The notes under the pieces were generated by a model. The model did not search any database. It saw nothing but the letters and a program-made list of their open reading frames with translations, and was not told where the DNA came from. The translations under genes were made by a program, and so were the position numbers. Positions 28,043 through 38,400 of a stretch of 64,000 bases of DNA are shown one piece after another. The DNA comes from Candidatus Krumholzibacteriota bacterium (GTDB lineage Bacteria; Krumholzibacteriota; Krumholzibacteriia; Krumholzibacteriales; WJIX01). The stretch spans positions 6,859 to 70,858 of the forward strand of contig JAXHNR010000002.1 of NCBI GenBank assembly GCA_034520215.1. Direction: 5' to 3'. The first letter of the stretch is position 1; every line of letters begins with the position of its first letter.

Positions 28043-28348
28043 TCAGCGCTTTCCTATCTGAACTCCCATTATCTTAACGCCATCCTTTGTCTTCATTGAC
28101 AATGTCGCTGGTTCGGTAATCAGGCATCGACCTGTTTCAAGGTTGGCTGTTTCTTCATTCACCGACACTTCAGCCGCTCCGTTAACGACAAAGAAGATAA
28201 CATAAGATTCCATTTCACAAGTTGGCATCTCTCCTCCGGGCGGAAGTTCGATAATTCTTGCTTTAAATTCTTTAGCTTTGTAAAAAACATTCTTATCCCT
28301 TTCCTCATATGGATAGGATTGGATTGTTTTAAGATCATATACCTTCAT
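28043..28348 (-). CDS. Small cupin-domain protein
   Basis: About 100 aa beta-barrel-like sequence (ARIIELPPGGEMPTCEME..VIFFVVNGAAEVSV). GGAGG RBS before MKVYDL. Confidence 0.7.
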   Translation of the reverse strand: MKVYDLKTIQSYPYEERDKNVFYKAKEFKARIIELPPGGEMPTCEMESYVIFFVVNGAAEVSVNEETANLETGRCLITEPATLSMKTKDGVKIMGVQIGKR

Positions 28349-28898
28349 CGTCATTACCTCCTTTTGCTTTATGTGGATTATCAGCACTCCACTCAATTAT
28401 TCTTTCAACGGATAGGCCCATGATGACAACAAATCCAATCGTTAGGACAAGTCGGGCAGCCATAAATCCTGGCCCAAGAAATTGAAGCTCGATCATTTCC
28501 TGAGGCACCTTTATGCACGCCCACGCAGAAAGAAAAATAATAATATTGGAAATCCGGGCGCCCTTCCTAATCAATGAAGCAGCTAAAGGGAAAGCCACAT
28601 AGAGGGGGCCAGTCGGTAAGGCGCCAAATAGAATGGCAAGAGAAAAGCCTTTTATCCCGGATGTTTTCCCTAAATATTTTTCGACCATTTCTTTGGGTAC
28701 CCATACCATGAATAGGCCCATTAATACCATCACGCCAGGAAGTATCCAGATCATTTCAACAAAGAATGACCATGAAGCCGCAGTTACTGCCTTTTTTTTG
28801 CCGGGGAAAAGTGATAATAAGCCAATCGCGATTATCAAAGTAATAGCGAGGAATATTGCATCTCGTTTCAGGCCGGAGTTTTCTGTATTCTTTATCAT
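28335..28898 (-). CDS. Half-size COG0701-type permease subunit
   Basis: GALPTGPLYVAFPLAASLIRKGARISNIIIFLSAWACIK resembles one repeat half of ArsP-like permeases. 4-nt overlap with its partner. Confidence 0.65.
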   Translation of the reverse strand: MIKNTENSGLKRDAIFLAITLIIAIGLLSLFPGKKKAVTAASWSFFVEMIWILPGVMVLMGLFMVWVPKEMVEKYLGKTSGIKGFSLAILFGALPTGPLYVAFPLAASLIRKGARISNIIIFLSAWACIKVPQEMIELQFLGPGFMAARLVLTIGFVVIMGLSVERIIEWSADNPHKAKGGNDDEGI

Positions 28899-29383
28899 AA
28901 TATTGCCCCCATAATGAGAGCAATAATAATTGCAATACCAAAACTTATCCCATTCCTAAGTAAAGCAATATTCTTTCCTAATATCTTTATTTCCAGAGGG
29001 AGTGTTACCACACCAATCATCGTTAAGCTGGTAATAAACACTGCCACTGAAGTAATTGATGCACCACTTTCAATTAGAGATGCTGCTAAGGGAAAGGAAA
29101 TTAAAGAAGGTATATGTAATACTGCTCCTAACAATGCCACAATAAATACTCCCCCGAAACCTGCTTGCTCACCAATTAATCTCGAAATTTGACTTTTCGG
29201 GACGAAACCTAAAAGAAGACCGATAAAGATTATAATAATGAAAACCATTGGAAGAACGCGGACAAAAGACTTCACCGCTACTCTCAGGGACTGTTTGGTC
29301 TTCTCCTTATTCTTGAGAAGAGAGATGAATAAGCAGGCAAAAGCGAAAAGATTTATCACTATAGCTGTCGAGTTCACTGTCAT
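28895..29383 (-). CDS. Half-size COG0701-type permease subunit (partner)
   Basis: GAVLHIPSLISFPLAASLIESGASITSVAVFITSLTMIG. GGAGG RBS before MTVNSTAIV at 29383. Confidence 0.65.
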   Translation of the reverse strand: MTVNSTAIVINLFAFACLFISLLKNKEKTKQSLRVAVKSFVRVLPMVFIIIIFIGLLLGFVPKSQISRLIGEQAGFGGVFIVALLGAVLHIPSLISFPLAASLIESGASITSVAVFITSLTMIGVVTLPLEIKILGKNIALLRNGISFGIAIIIALIMGAIL

Positions 29384-30060
29384 TGACCTCCAGTCGAGCC
29401 TGTAATTCTTCCGCCTAACATATAGTATACAGCCCTGCATAGTTAGATAACCGCCGCATAGCTCCGCTGTATGATTCAATCCTAACCAATTTAATTATCA
29501 CCTAATTCCTCATGACTTCAAGACATTAATTATTTGGACATTCCCCACTTTTTTAAGGGAAGGCAAAAAGACTTCCTTGAGTTGATTCTTCTTCAGGTTT
29601 TCCCGCCCTTGATTTTTGTTTCCATTCTCTCTGGCGAGACAGCAGCATTGCTATCGCATCAGCCAACGCGTAGTAATGAAAGTCGGGTACACCGAAAAAG
29701 CGTTTCGCTACTTTTGCTACTCTTGTAGACAAGACTGTCAGCTTCAAAGATTCACCCAACCAGACACCCGAGAAGTATGCCGCCGCCAATGTTAAAGAGG
29801 CCATATTTCTCAAACGTTCATAATCCAAAACACGGATATCTTAAAGATGATAACTTTGCTTAATGAAACGAATCGTCTCCTCTATCAGCCACCGCGAAAG
29901 GTAAGAGCTTACAAAAAACCATAAACTTTTTCTTCTCCCTTCACTTCTTTGACAATCGTATCTGCATAGCTCATAGGGCAACCTTTGGCGAGATCTATTG
30001 GATAGCGATTCCTACCGCGAAAAACCAAATTGGTCTTCCCCCGATATTCCAGACAGTCAG

Positions 30061-30924
30061 TTAAGCTATGTTTGCCAACTTGTCGTAATCTCCAAGGCTT
30101 TTATACTCCAAGTATGTATGGCAACGAATGCAATTATAAAACGTTCCAATGTATGTGAAAATATCTCTTTTTGCCTCCTTTCTGGTTTTATATTTCTTTG
30201 AATAAACAGATTCAACTTTCAACGATCGATAGAAACTTTCCATTACAGCGTTATCCCAGCAATTCCCTTTTCTGCTCATACTGCAGATCATACCATGTTT
30301 CTTGAGCTTATCCTGGTATTTATAACTGGCATACTGGCTACCCCTGTCCGAATGATGTAATAAGCCGGGGGCCGGACATCTGGCTCTTACAGCCATATCA
30401 AGAGCGTCTATCACAAGATCTTTCGTCATCCGTTTATCCATAGACCAGCCAACAATACGTCTTGAATATAGGTCCATTACAGTAGCCGGATATAGCCACC
30501 CTTCATCAGTCGCAACATACGTAAGATCAGACACCCAAACCATGTCCGGTAAAAGAACTTCAAAATTCCTGTCGAGAAGATTGGCGGCAATAGGATAATT
30601 ATGTTTTGAATCTGTTGTTGGTTTAAACTTACGTTTGCGCTTTGCTGCTATCTGCTCTTCCCTCATCAGTCTGGCTACACGTTTCCGGCTGCAGCTAAAG
30701 CCTCTATCAAGCAATTCTTCATGCACTCTCGGGCTGCCATAACTTATTTTTCTACCGGTATGAATTCTCCTAATCTCTTCCAATATTCTCCTTTTTCCCC
30801 GATATCTTTTACTTTCCGGCTGGCTCTGCCAATTGTAATAGCTCTTTCTTGATACACTTAGAACCTTGCTCATCACAGATACCGGATATTTATTCTCATT
30901 GTCTCTTATGAATTTGTATTTCAT
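30061..30924 (-). CDS. IS3-family transposase OrfB (rve/DDE integrase core)
   Basis: WVSDLTYV...HSDRGSQYAS...GNCWDNAVMESFYRSLKVE. The frame stays open upstream to the A8 run (plus strand 30953-30960), consistent with a -1 frameshift fusion. Confidence 0.9.
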   Translation of the reverse strand: MKYKFIRDNENKYPVSVMSKVLSVSRKSYYNWQSQPESKRYRGKRRILEEIRRIHTGRKISYGSPRVHEELLDRGFSCSRKRVARLMREEQIAAKRKRKFKPTTDSKHNYPIAANLLDRNFEVLLPDMVWVSDLTYVATDEGWLYPATVMDLYSRRIVGWSMDKRMTKDLVIDALDMAVRARCPAPGLLHHSDRGSQYASYKYQDKLKKHGMICSMSRKGNCWDNAVMESFYRSLKVESVYSKKYKTRKEAKRDIFTYIGTFYNCIRCHTYLEYKSLGDYDKLANIA

Positions 30925-31217
30925 CCTTCGTCCTTCGCGAAGTAACCAACTGTTTTTTTTAGAATTTCATTTTCCATCCGAAGACGCCGGTTTTCTCTTT
31001 TTACCCGCGCCAGTTCTTCATTTTCTGGTTTCATGTATCCTTTGCCGGGAAACAAATGTTTTGCGTCTTCGGCATATTATTTCTTCCATCTCGTCAGCGT
31101 AGTTGGATGCACCCCCAGTTCTTTTGCCACTGTAACCATTTTGTTGCCTTCTTCAGTTATTAGTTTTACAGCTTCCACTTTAAATTCCCTGCTGTATCTC
31201 TTCCTTCTCTTTTTCAT
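30921..31217 (-). pseudogene. IS3-family OrfA (HTH) carrying an in-frame TAA
   Basis: MKKRRKRYSREFKVEAVKLITEEGNKMVTVAKELGVHPTTLTRWKK-TAA-YAEDAKHLFPGKGYMKPENEELARVKRENRRLRMENEILKKTVGYFAKDEG. The stop sits where relatives have Glu/Gln. Confidence 0.75.
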
Positions 31218-32142
31218 TCGACACCTCCTGCTATCTCTAGTTTAACATAGCTTTTCTCAGTGTCTAGGAAAACGGGGGAGGTTCAAATGACGCCTGTTCG
31301 TTAACCGAATGATAAAACGTAACTTGTTGTTTAATAGCGGGTTAATTAGCTTGACTCGATTCCGCCACGATCCAATACATAGATTCCTCGATTTCCAACA
31401 GCCCCCTTGATTGTATCTATCACCTGAAGCAGCTTAAATATTCTCACTACCATAATCGGGCGCCCCGGCAGACCACAGCCTCTGATGTAACGGAATTATT
31501 CTGCGTTTCCCCGGCTCACAGGCAATGGCCGCACACCCCCAATAGCCATTCGCAATTTCCCCAGTACTCCCGCCTGCGTACCCGGGCCAAATATGGCATT
31601 GTCTTCGCGTAAGGTTTTCTGATATCAGTCGGATCAATAACTATCAATGTGTCTTTATGTATTTTCCGTGCTCCACAACTATCTCATTAATTTTCTGCCA
31701 CAGTCCCTTCGTGGCCAGGTGACGACTCAATCGTTCTTCAGTCTTTTTAAGTAAAATATCTTCTCCAAGTAACCGGCTAATCGAGCTGAGTTTTCTCGTT
31801 ACGCCCGGCTTGAATTCCATATATCATTTGCTCGATAAATTTTGATCGTGGCTTCGAAAAGTGGGGATAAAAAACGCCTAAAAAATTATGAATTTGTCCT
31901 CGTAATTTTGTGGCAATTTGTCTATACTCCATTTCGGCCTCCTGCTTTTTTTGTGTTCATCGATGATTATAATCGTCGATTTCCAAGGAGGCCATCTTTT
32001 TATTTGTAATACCTCGTTATTGCTTAAATATCAACAGATTAGACGATATTAGGCCTGAAAACTGGGGAATGTCCAATAAATCTTCTATGCCGGGAAAAGG
32101 ATAAGGAGATAAGCTGATAAGAGATACAACCATACCATCCCA

Positions 32143-33918
32143 TTAATAGTATATCAGATAGATCATAGTTACAGTAACAATGCCGATTATTATATTCATA
32201 GGAATCCCCACTCTGAGAAAATCCTTGAATTTGTATCCGCCGGGACCATATACCATTAAGTTTGTCTGATATCCTATCGGAGTGGCGAAGCTGGCGGAGG
32301 CGGCAATGGCCACGGTAATGAAGAAAGGGCGAGGGTCCAGGGCTGCCTGCTGGGCAATCGCAAGAGAAACCGGGAAAACGAGTGCCGCCGAGGCGTTATT
32401 TGTTATGATCTCGGTATAGAAACTTACGATGAAGTAGGTTCCCGCAATAAGGCCAATGGGACCGGCCACTCCAAGCACTGAGATAAGGTGAACTGCTATA
32501 TAATCGGCGACACCTGAATTAATCATCGCTTTCGAAATTCCGAATGCCGACGCAATGATAAGAAGTACTTTCCATTCAATGCTGTCGCGAGCATCTTCAG
32601 CCGATATGCACCCTGTAAGAATCAGGATCAGAGTGGCCAGGCAAACTGATAACAGAATGGGAAGAAGCCCTGAAGCCATGGTAATAATCATTATTGCCAG
32701 AATTGAGATGCTGAGCCAGGAGTAACGTCGGGGTTTTGACGGGGGTGATTCCGCCCGTGAAACCAGATAAAAATCTCTTGAGTGATACCACCTTTCCGCA
32801 AAACTGTTTTTTGCCAGTATCAGCAGGGTGTCACCGGTCTTGATTACTATATCACCGACTTTTTTCTGGATTCTTTCCCCGCTGCGATGGATCCCAAGTA
32901 TAACTGCCTGGTAGCGGGATCGAAACTTGCTTTCCCTGACATTTTTTCCTATCAGAGGTGAATTGGAAGAAATTACAGCTTCAAAGGTGCCAAGTTGGTC
33001 AGAGTCATAATTCTGCAGGTCGAACTCCGGATCCTGAACCGTTATCAGTCCTGGGGTCCGTTGAAGCTCAATAATTGTAGAAGGCAGGCCGGCAAAGAAT
33101 AATCGGTCCCCCGAAAGAATTTTTTCTTCAGGCCCCGCCGCTGAAATAATTTTATCGCCCCTTTCAATCTGAAATAAATAAAGGCCCTTAAGATGACGAA
33201 GATTCGCCTCCGATATGGTTTTTCCGATATTCCGGAAATTTTCGTTTACTTTCATCTCCACTACGAACTCTCTGGTATTGCCGCCCAGTTCAATCAGCGG
33301 CGGTTTACGCTCCGGCAGGAGGCGGTGGCCTATCAGGACGATGACCATAAGACCGAAAAGGGCCGTTGGGATACCTACCTTTGATATTTCAAAGAATGAA
33401 AACCCCTCCAGTCCGTTCTCTATCATCAGGCCGTGAACCACCAGAGTGGTACTGGTTCCGATAAGGGTACAAATACCTCCCAGAATTGAAGCGTAGGAGA
33501 GGGGTATCATGAATTTTGAAACAGGGTTTCCGGTTTTACGTGCCCATTGCTTTATCACGGGGATCAGCATGGCCACGACAGGGGTATTGTTAAAAAAGGC
33601 GGAGACTGAGGAAACAGGAATCATCATACGGATGAGTTTGGTGGAGATTTTCCCATGCTGTTTCATTATCCTTCCCACGATAATATTCAGTATATCGCTG
33701 CGCTGAAGAGCGGAGGCCACTATAAACAGAAAAGCAACAGTCAGCATACCGTGATTGGAGAATCCGGAGAAGGCCTCTGAGACTGTGATAACTCTTCCTG
33801 CCGTCAACATAATCAGGGTTGAGAAAACCGCCAGGTCCGGCTCCAGCAATTCCTTCACCAGAAGAACTGTCATGGCGGCAATCAGGGTGGCTGTATATAT
33901 AAACTCGAAATCGAACAT
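32143..33918 (-). CDS. SLC13/DASS-type anion permease with two internal TrkA-C (RCK_C) domains
   Basis: N- and C-terminal TM bundles with repeated hairpin motifs (SAFFNNTPVVAML, TNNASAALVFP). A central soluble region of about 170 aa has two RCK_C-like repeats. Confidence 0.8.
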   Translation of the reverse strand: MFDFEFIYTATLIAAMTVLLVKELLEPDLAVFSTLIMLTAGRVITVSEAFSGFSNHGMLTVAFLFIVASALQRSDILNIIVGRIMKQHGKISTKLIRMMIPVSSVSAFFNNTPVVAMLIPVIKQWARKTGNPVSKFMIPLSYASILGGICTLIGTSTTLVVHGLMIENGLEGFSFFEISKVGIPTALFGLMVIVLIGHRLLPERKPPLIELGGNTREFVVEMKVNENFRNIGKTISEANLRHLKGLYLFQIERGDKIISAAGPEEKILSGDRLFFAGLPSTIIELQRTPGLITVQDPEFDLQNYDSDQLGTFEAVISSNSPLIGKNVRESKFRSRYQAVILGIHRSGERIQKKVGDIVIKTGDTLLILAKNSFAERWYHSRDFYLVSRAESPPSKPRRYSWLSISILAIMIITMASGLLPILLSVCLATLILILTGCISAEDARDSIEWKVLLIIASAFGISKAMINSGVADYIAVHLISVLGVAGPIGLIAGTYFIVSFYTEIITNNASAALVFPVSLAIAQQAALDPRPFFITVAIAASASFATPIGYQTNLMVYGPGGYKFKDFLRVGIPMNIIIGIVTVTMIYLIYY

Positions 33919-34285
33919 CTTAATAACTTTATTCAGCTTGAGAGTTCCCGGGCCAGCAGCAGAGCAGCCAGCGCCGCGGGAAAGATCAGATTAAAACCTA
34001 TAGAAAAATTGATAAAGTACTGTGGCCTGTTTCTGAATATTCTGATTTCATCGATCTTTTTTATCTGACATAAGCCCAGAACGACGCTGTGGACTCCCAG
34101 CGAAAGAACAACAAGATCAGCTATAAGCACTTCGGCCCTGATGCGCCAGACAGCCGCAAATGCCCTTAAGACATCAATAATTATGGTTCTGTTCATGGCT
34201 CCTCCAAAAAAAGATGCTGAGCATCAACAATTATTAAGGTAATTACTCAGCCTCCAGTTTTCCGGTCAGCTCTTAACCTGATAAT

Positions 34286-34402
34286 TTATCTTATTCTCAT
34301 TTTGTTCAGTTTATCTATCTGTATAACTTTTCCGCCCTGTATATCTATCTTTACCGAACCATGTCTTATCTCACTAATGGCGGAGAATATACCGGACATC
34401 AT
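34286..34402 (-). CDS. Possible short YezD (DUF2292)-like protein
   Basis: MMSGIFSAISEIRHGSVKIDIQGGKVIQIDKLNKMRIR carries the yGsV.i.vqdGkvvqi..... signature. It is shorter than typical members. Confidence 0.45.
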   Translation of the reverse strand: MMSGIFSAISEIRHGSVKIDIQGGKVIQIDKLNKMRIR

Positions 34403-34486
34403 AATATCATTGAAGCCGGAATCTCTCTTTCTGATTCTATTTCCCGAGGAGCTCGTACTGGTACTTCCTTTTGTTATTCCATCCGC

Positions 34487-34888
34487 TTATAAGAGATCGG
34501 AAATGCTTAACTCTTCGACTTTTTTTGATATATAGTCTCTGATCTCCTGGAATACCTGCATTACTTTTTCTTCCTTTTCAAGCGGGGTGTGTTCGAAAAA
34601 ATATTTACTTACAGCCGCCGTGGGAGCCAGGGCTCCGTCCATGAGCCTGATTATTTCAGCTATACTTATCCGCTCGGCTGGCATCGCCAATTTATACCCT
34701 CCCGATGCACCGGTTTTGGCCTTCAGATATCTGGCATGCTTGAGTGGAATGAATATTTGCTCCAGATACTTCTTGGATATACCATATTCATCGGCTACAT
34801 CCTCCATCTTGATATATCCTCCTTCTTCGTTTCGGGCGATATAAATCAGAGCCAGCAGTGAGTATTCGCTTTTGGTGGTCAGTTTCAT
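34487..34888 (-). CDS. Rrf2-family transcriptional regulator (no Cys cluster ligands evident)
   Basis: MKLTTKSEYSLLALIYIARN...ISKKYLEQIFIPLKHARYLKAKTGASGGYKLA. Confidence 0.85.
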   Translation of the reverse strand: MKLTTKSEYSLLALIYIARNEEGGYIKMEDVADEYGISKKYLEQIFIPLKHARYLKAKTGASGGYKLAMPAERISIAEIIRLMDGALAPTAAVSKYFFEHTPLEKEEKVMQVFQEIRDYISKKVEELSISDLL

Positions 34889-34905
34889 TTCAAACCTACT
34901 TATTT

Positions 34906-34925
34906 ATATTATCTATAGATATTAT
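34906..34925. promoter_or_regulatory. Near-perfect 20-bp palindrome ATATTATCTATAGATATTAT, candidate Rrf2 operator
   Basis: 18/20 self-complementary. It begins 18 bp upstream of the Rrf2 start codon. Confidence 0.4.
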
Positions 34926-35456
34926 AGACAATAGATTCAAATCTGTCAATAATTAATGAGATGAATTTTTGCAGTGTTGCCCGATGCGTTTGTGCTCCTG
35001 TATTTTCCCCTTTGAGGCCTTAATGGATTGACCCTTATGCGGCAATAATATTATCCCTCAAATCATACCCACCACAAAAGACGCAACTATCTGAAGGTGC
35101 CGCCTTTTTCACGTCACATTCTAATCCAGAAATTTCTATTTTCTTTATCCATACTTGACTTTTTAGGACTCAATATAGTACAATTTATCTGCATTTTAAG
35201 CATGGCGATCTTTTGTTTTTTTTTGCAGCAACCTAGTAACGCTTAGTATTATTTATGGTTACGGTTTTATTTGTGTTTAGCGGCTTCTTTATACCGCGAT
35301 GATTCAGTTATAAGCGCAATAGCTACTTATGAAACCAGACCCTTTTTAGGGGACAACAGAATAAGGCACCAGGTTCGAAGGGTATTTATTTTTAAATTGT
35401 TAACGCGTTTAGCGCTTCCTCTTCAATGTATTTTTTTAAACAAGAAGGTACAAAAG

Positions 35457-38400
35457 ATGAAAAAACATCTGGGTATATGGCTTGCGGCAATCGTTTTGTT
35501 ATTTTCTCTTTTACCGGCTCACCCATGTTTCGCGGGCAATAATGTGTACACGGAAAATTTCAGTACGTCATTATTCGAGGACCCAGCCTACACTACGGCT
35601 AATTGGGACACAGTTGCCGGAGAACTCAAGTTTTTCACATTTCAGCCCACACTAATCGGATCTTACAACACTTCGGGTATCTCGAGAGATGTAAAGGTTT
35701 CGGGCGACTACGCCTTTGTGGCCGATAATGATAATGGGATTCAGGTGTTCGATATTTCAGATACGGCTAATCCCCTGCTTATAGGATCGTACGGCGCGGA
35801 GAGCTACACATTGGATGTAGAGGTTTCGGGCGACAACGCGTTTTTGGCGGATTACAGCTCAGGGCTCCAGATACTCGATATTTCAGATCCCACAAATCCT
35901 CTTTTTGTTGGAGCTTACAATACTTCGGGCTCTTCCCAAAGTGTTGATGTCGAAGGCGACTATGCCTTTATCGCGGATGGAGATCCGGGGCTGATAATAA
36001 TAGATATTTCAGATCTCTCAAGCCCGGCGCTTCTTGGAACATACGATACGCCGGGTTACGCGAGGAACTTAACGGTTTCGGGCGACTACGCCTTTATCGC
36101 GGACGGTCTTTCAGGGCTTCGGGTTATAGATATTTCAGATCCAGCAAACCCCACCTCGCTGGGAAGTTATGACACCACGGGCGATGCGAGAGAGGTCAGG
36201 GTTTCAGGTGACTATGCGCTTGTGGCTGACAACACATCCGGCCTACAGATACTCGATATCTCGGATCCCTCCAGCCCGGCGCTTCTTGGAACATGTGATA
36301 CTCCGGGCCATGCCTATGGTGTTATTGCCTCGGGCGACTATGCCTTCGTCGCGGATTACAACTACGGGGTTCAGGTTATTGATATTTCAGATCCTTCAAA
36401 CCCTCAAATTATAGGAAGTTACGATACACCGGGTAATGCCTATGGAGTTACGGTTTCGGGAGAAAACGTCTTTTTAGCCGATGCCGCCGGGGGACTGAAG
36501 GTGGTTAAGATAGCACAGCTCGTAAACCCGAAACTTGTCGGCAATTACGACACATCGAGTTACTGCAGGCATGTAACGGTCTCCGGTGATTTCGCGTTCG
36601 TGGCGGATTACCGCGGTGGACTGCTGGTGATTGATATTTCAGATTCGGCGAACCCCGCACTCCTGGGAACATACGACACTCCGGGCTATGCTCATGGGGT
36701 AGCTGTTTCGGGTGATTATGCCTTTGTGGCGGACGGAGGTTCGGGGCTGCAGATGATCGATATATCAGACCCGGCGAATCCCGTTTTCCTTGAAAATTTC
36801 AATACGGCAGGCTACGCCACTGACGTTGCGGTCTCGGGCGATTGCGCTTTTTTAGCGGATTTAGGCATGCTGTACGTAATCGATATTTCAGACCCCTCCA
36901 ACCTAACGTCGCTTGGAACATACAGCCCGCTGCTGGGCGACGTTCGCGGAGTGGAAGTCTCGGGCAACTGCGCTTTTGTGGCGGATGGTGACTGGGGACT
37001 TCTGATGATTGATATAACGGATCCAACGAGCCCAACCAGGATAGGACGTTACTATCAAGAATCAAACAATTTCATGGACGTAACATGCGCGGGCGACTAC
37101 GCCTTTGCCGCAAATGACACTTCCGGGCTCTATGTGATCGATATCTCGGACCCGTATATTCCCTCGCTTCTCGGAAGCTACAACACTCCGGGCTCTGCCG
37201 TTAGTGTTGAAATTTCTGGTAACTACGCTTTTGTGGCGGATGCAGATTCCGGGCTCCATGTGATAAATATTTCAGACCCAACCAGCCCCACACTAATCGC
37301 GACATGTGATACGCCGGACTATGCCTATGGCGTTGCTGTAGCGGGTGACTACGCCTATGTCGCGGATGGCTCGTCCGGGCTTCAGTCTATTGTAGTTTCT
37401 CAGGGGAAGCTGGATCTGGACGGAAATGCCGGCCGGTCGCTTTTTGTTTATTCTTCCGGAGACAGTATCTTCCGGACTCGATTAACGAGTACGCATACGG
37501 ACAGCGTTGACTGGGAAGTAAGTTCCGACGACGGTACAAACTGGCAGGAAATACTGCCGGACGGGGAATGGAATAGACAGGCTGTTCCGGGAAAAAATCT
37601 CTTATGGCGTTCAACTCTTCTATGGGAAGAACCCGTTGATAATCCTGCAGTTACAGAACTTCAACTCGAATGGCTTGTGGGGGCCGGTGTAATCAGTGAA
37701 ATTGTTGATGTGCCTGATGATCAGGGCGGATGGGTTCAAATGAATATTATCCGGTCGGGCAAAGATTTTCTCGATGAGACGGATTACACTATTTTAGAAT
37801 ACAAAATATGGAGATGGGATGGCGATGTTGATGACGGCGAATGGGTTTGTATGGACAGTGTAACAGCAGCCCAGCAGGATGAATACGTTGTTACCCTGCC
37901 TACGGTAAAAGACTCATGCGCGTCGAGTACTAATCACACGACGTTCCTGGTAACGGCTCACACTACAAAACCGACTTTGGTGTTCGCGTGCGAACCGGAC
38001 AGCGGTTATTCGATCGATAATATAGCTCCCTCGGTCCCGACTAATTTTTCCGTTGCCTATAATACGGGTAGCGGCAACCATCTTTCATGGGACCCGTGTC
38101 CCGATGGTGACTTCAAGCAGTTCAATGTCTACAGGTCAAATGATCCCGGGTTTATTCCGTCCCCCTCCGACCTTGTACGTGTCGAAACAGGAACAAGCTG
38201 GCACGATCCCGGGTATGACGGATGGGATGTTTGTTATAAGATAACGGCGCTTGATTCCGCTGATAACGAAAGCGATCCGGTTTCGCCGTCTAATGTGACG
38301 GCGACGGAAGATCCTGAAATTCCGATGAATTACGTGCTCTATCCTAATGTGCCGAATCCGTTTAATCCAATCACATCGATTCGTTACGATGTTCCTGCGG

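Larger units (their letters stand above)
30031..31285 (-). mobile_element. IS3-family insertion sequence (1255 bp) with a 3-bp AAT target-site duplication
   Basis: Imperfect 30-bp terminal IRs starting TG (TGGTCTTCCCCCGATATTCCAGACAGTCAG versus the reverse complement of ...CTCAGTGTCTAGGAAAACGGGGGAGGTTCA, 21/30 identical). Flanking AAT/AAT. orfA/orfB with an A8 slippery run. Confidence 0.85.
29530..32080 (-). mobile_element. Degenerate IS4-superfamily-like insertion sequence, interrupted by a nested IS3 element
   Basis: Terminal inverted repeats TTATTTGGACATTCCCCA (29530-29547) and TGGGGAATGTCCAATAAA (32063-32080). The transposase reading frame (start about 31932, MEYRQIATKLRG...; end 29553) is broken by stops and frameshifts. 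It continues seamlessly across the IS3 insertion once that element is removed. Confidence 0.6.

Noticed and set aside
33933-34196. 87-aa hydrophobic ORF between the SLC13 permease and the YezD-like ORF
   Set aside because: It is plausible as a small membrane protein given its position in the operon. With no recognisable family or clear RBS it is mentioned only in the relevant finding.
35694-37400. Regularly spaced DNA repeats that could be mistaken for a CRISPR-like array
   Set aside because: The period is about 129 bp with no unique spacers. The repeats are in frame and encode LVIVD blades within one long CDS.
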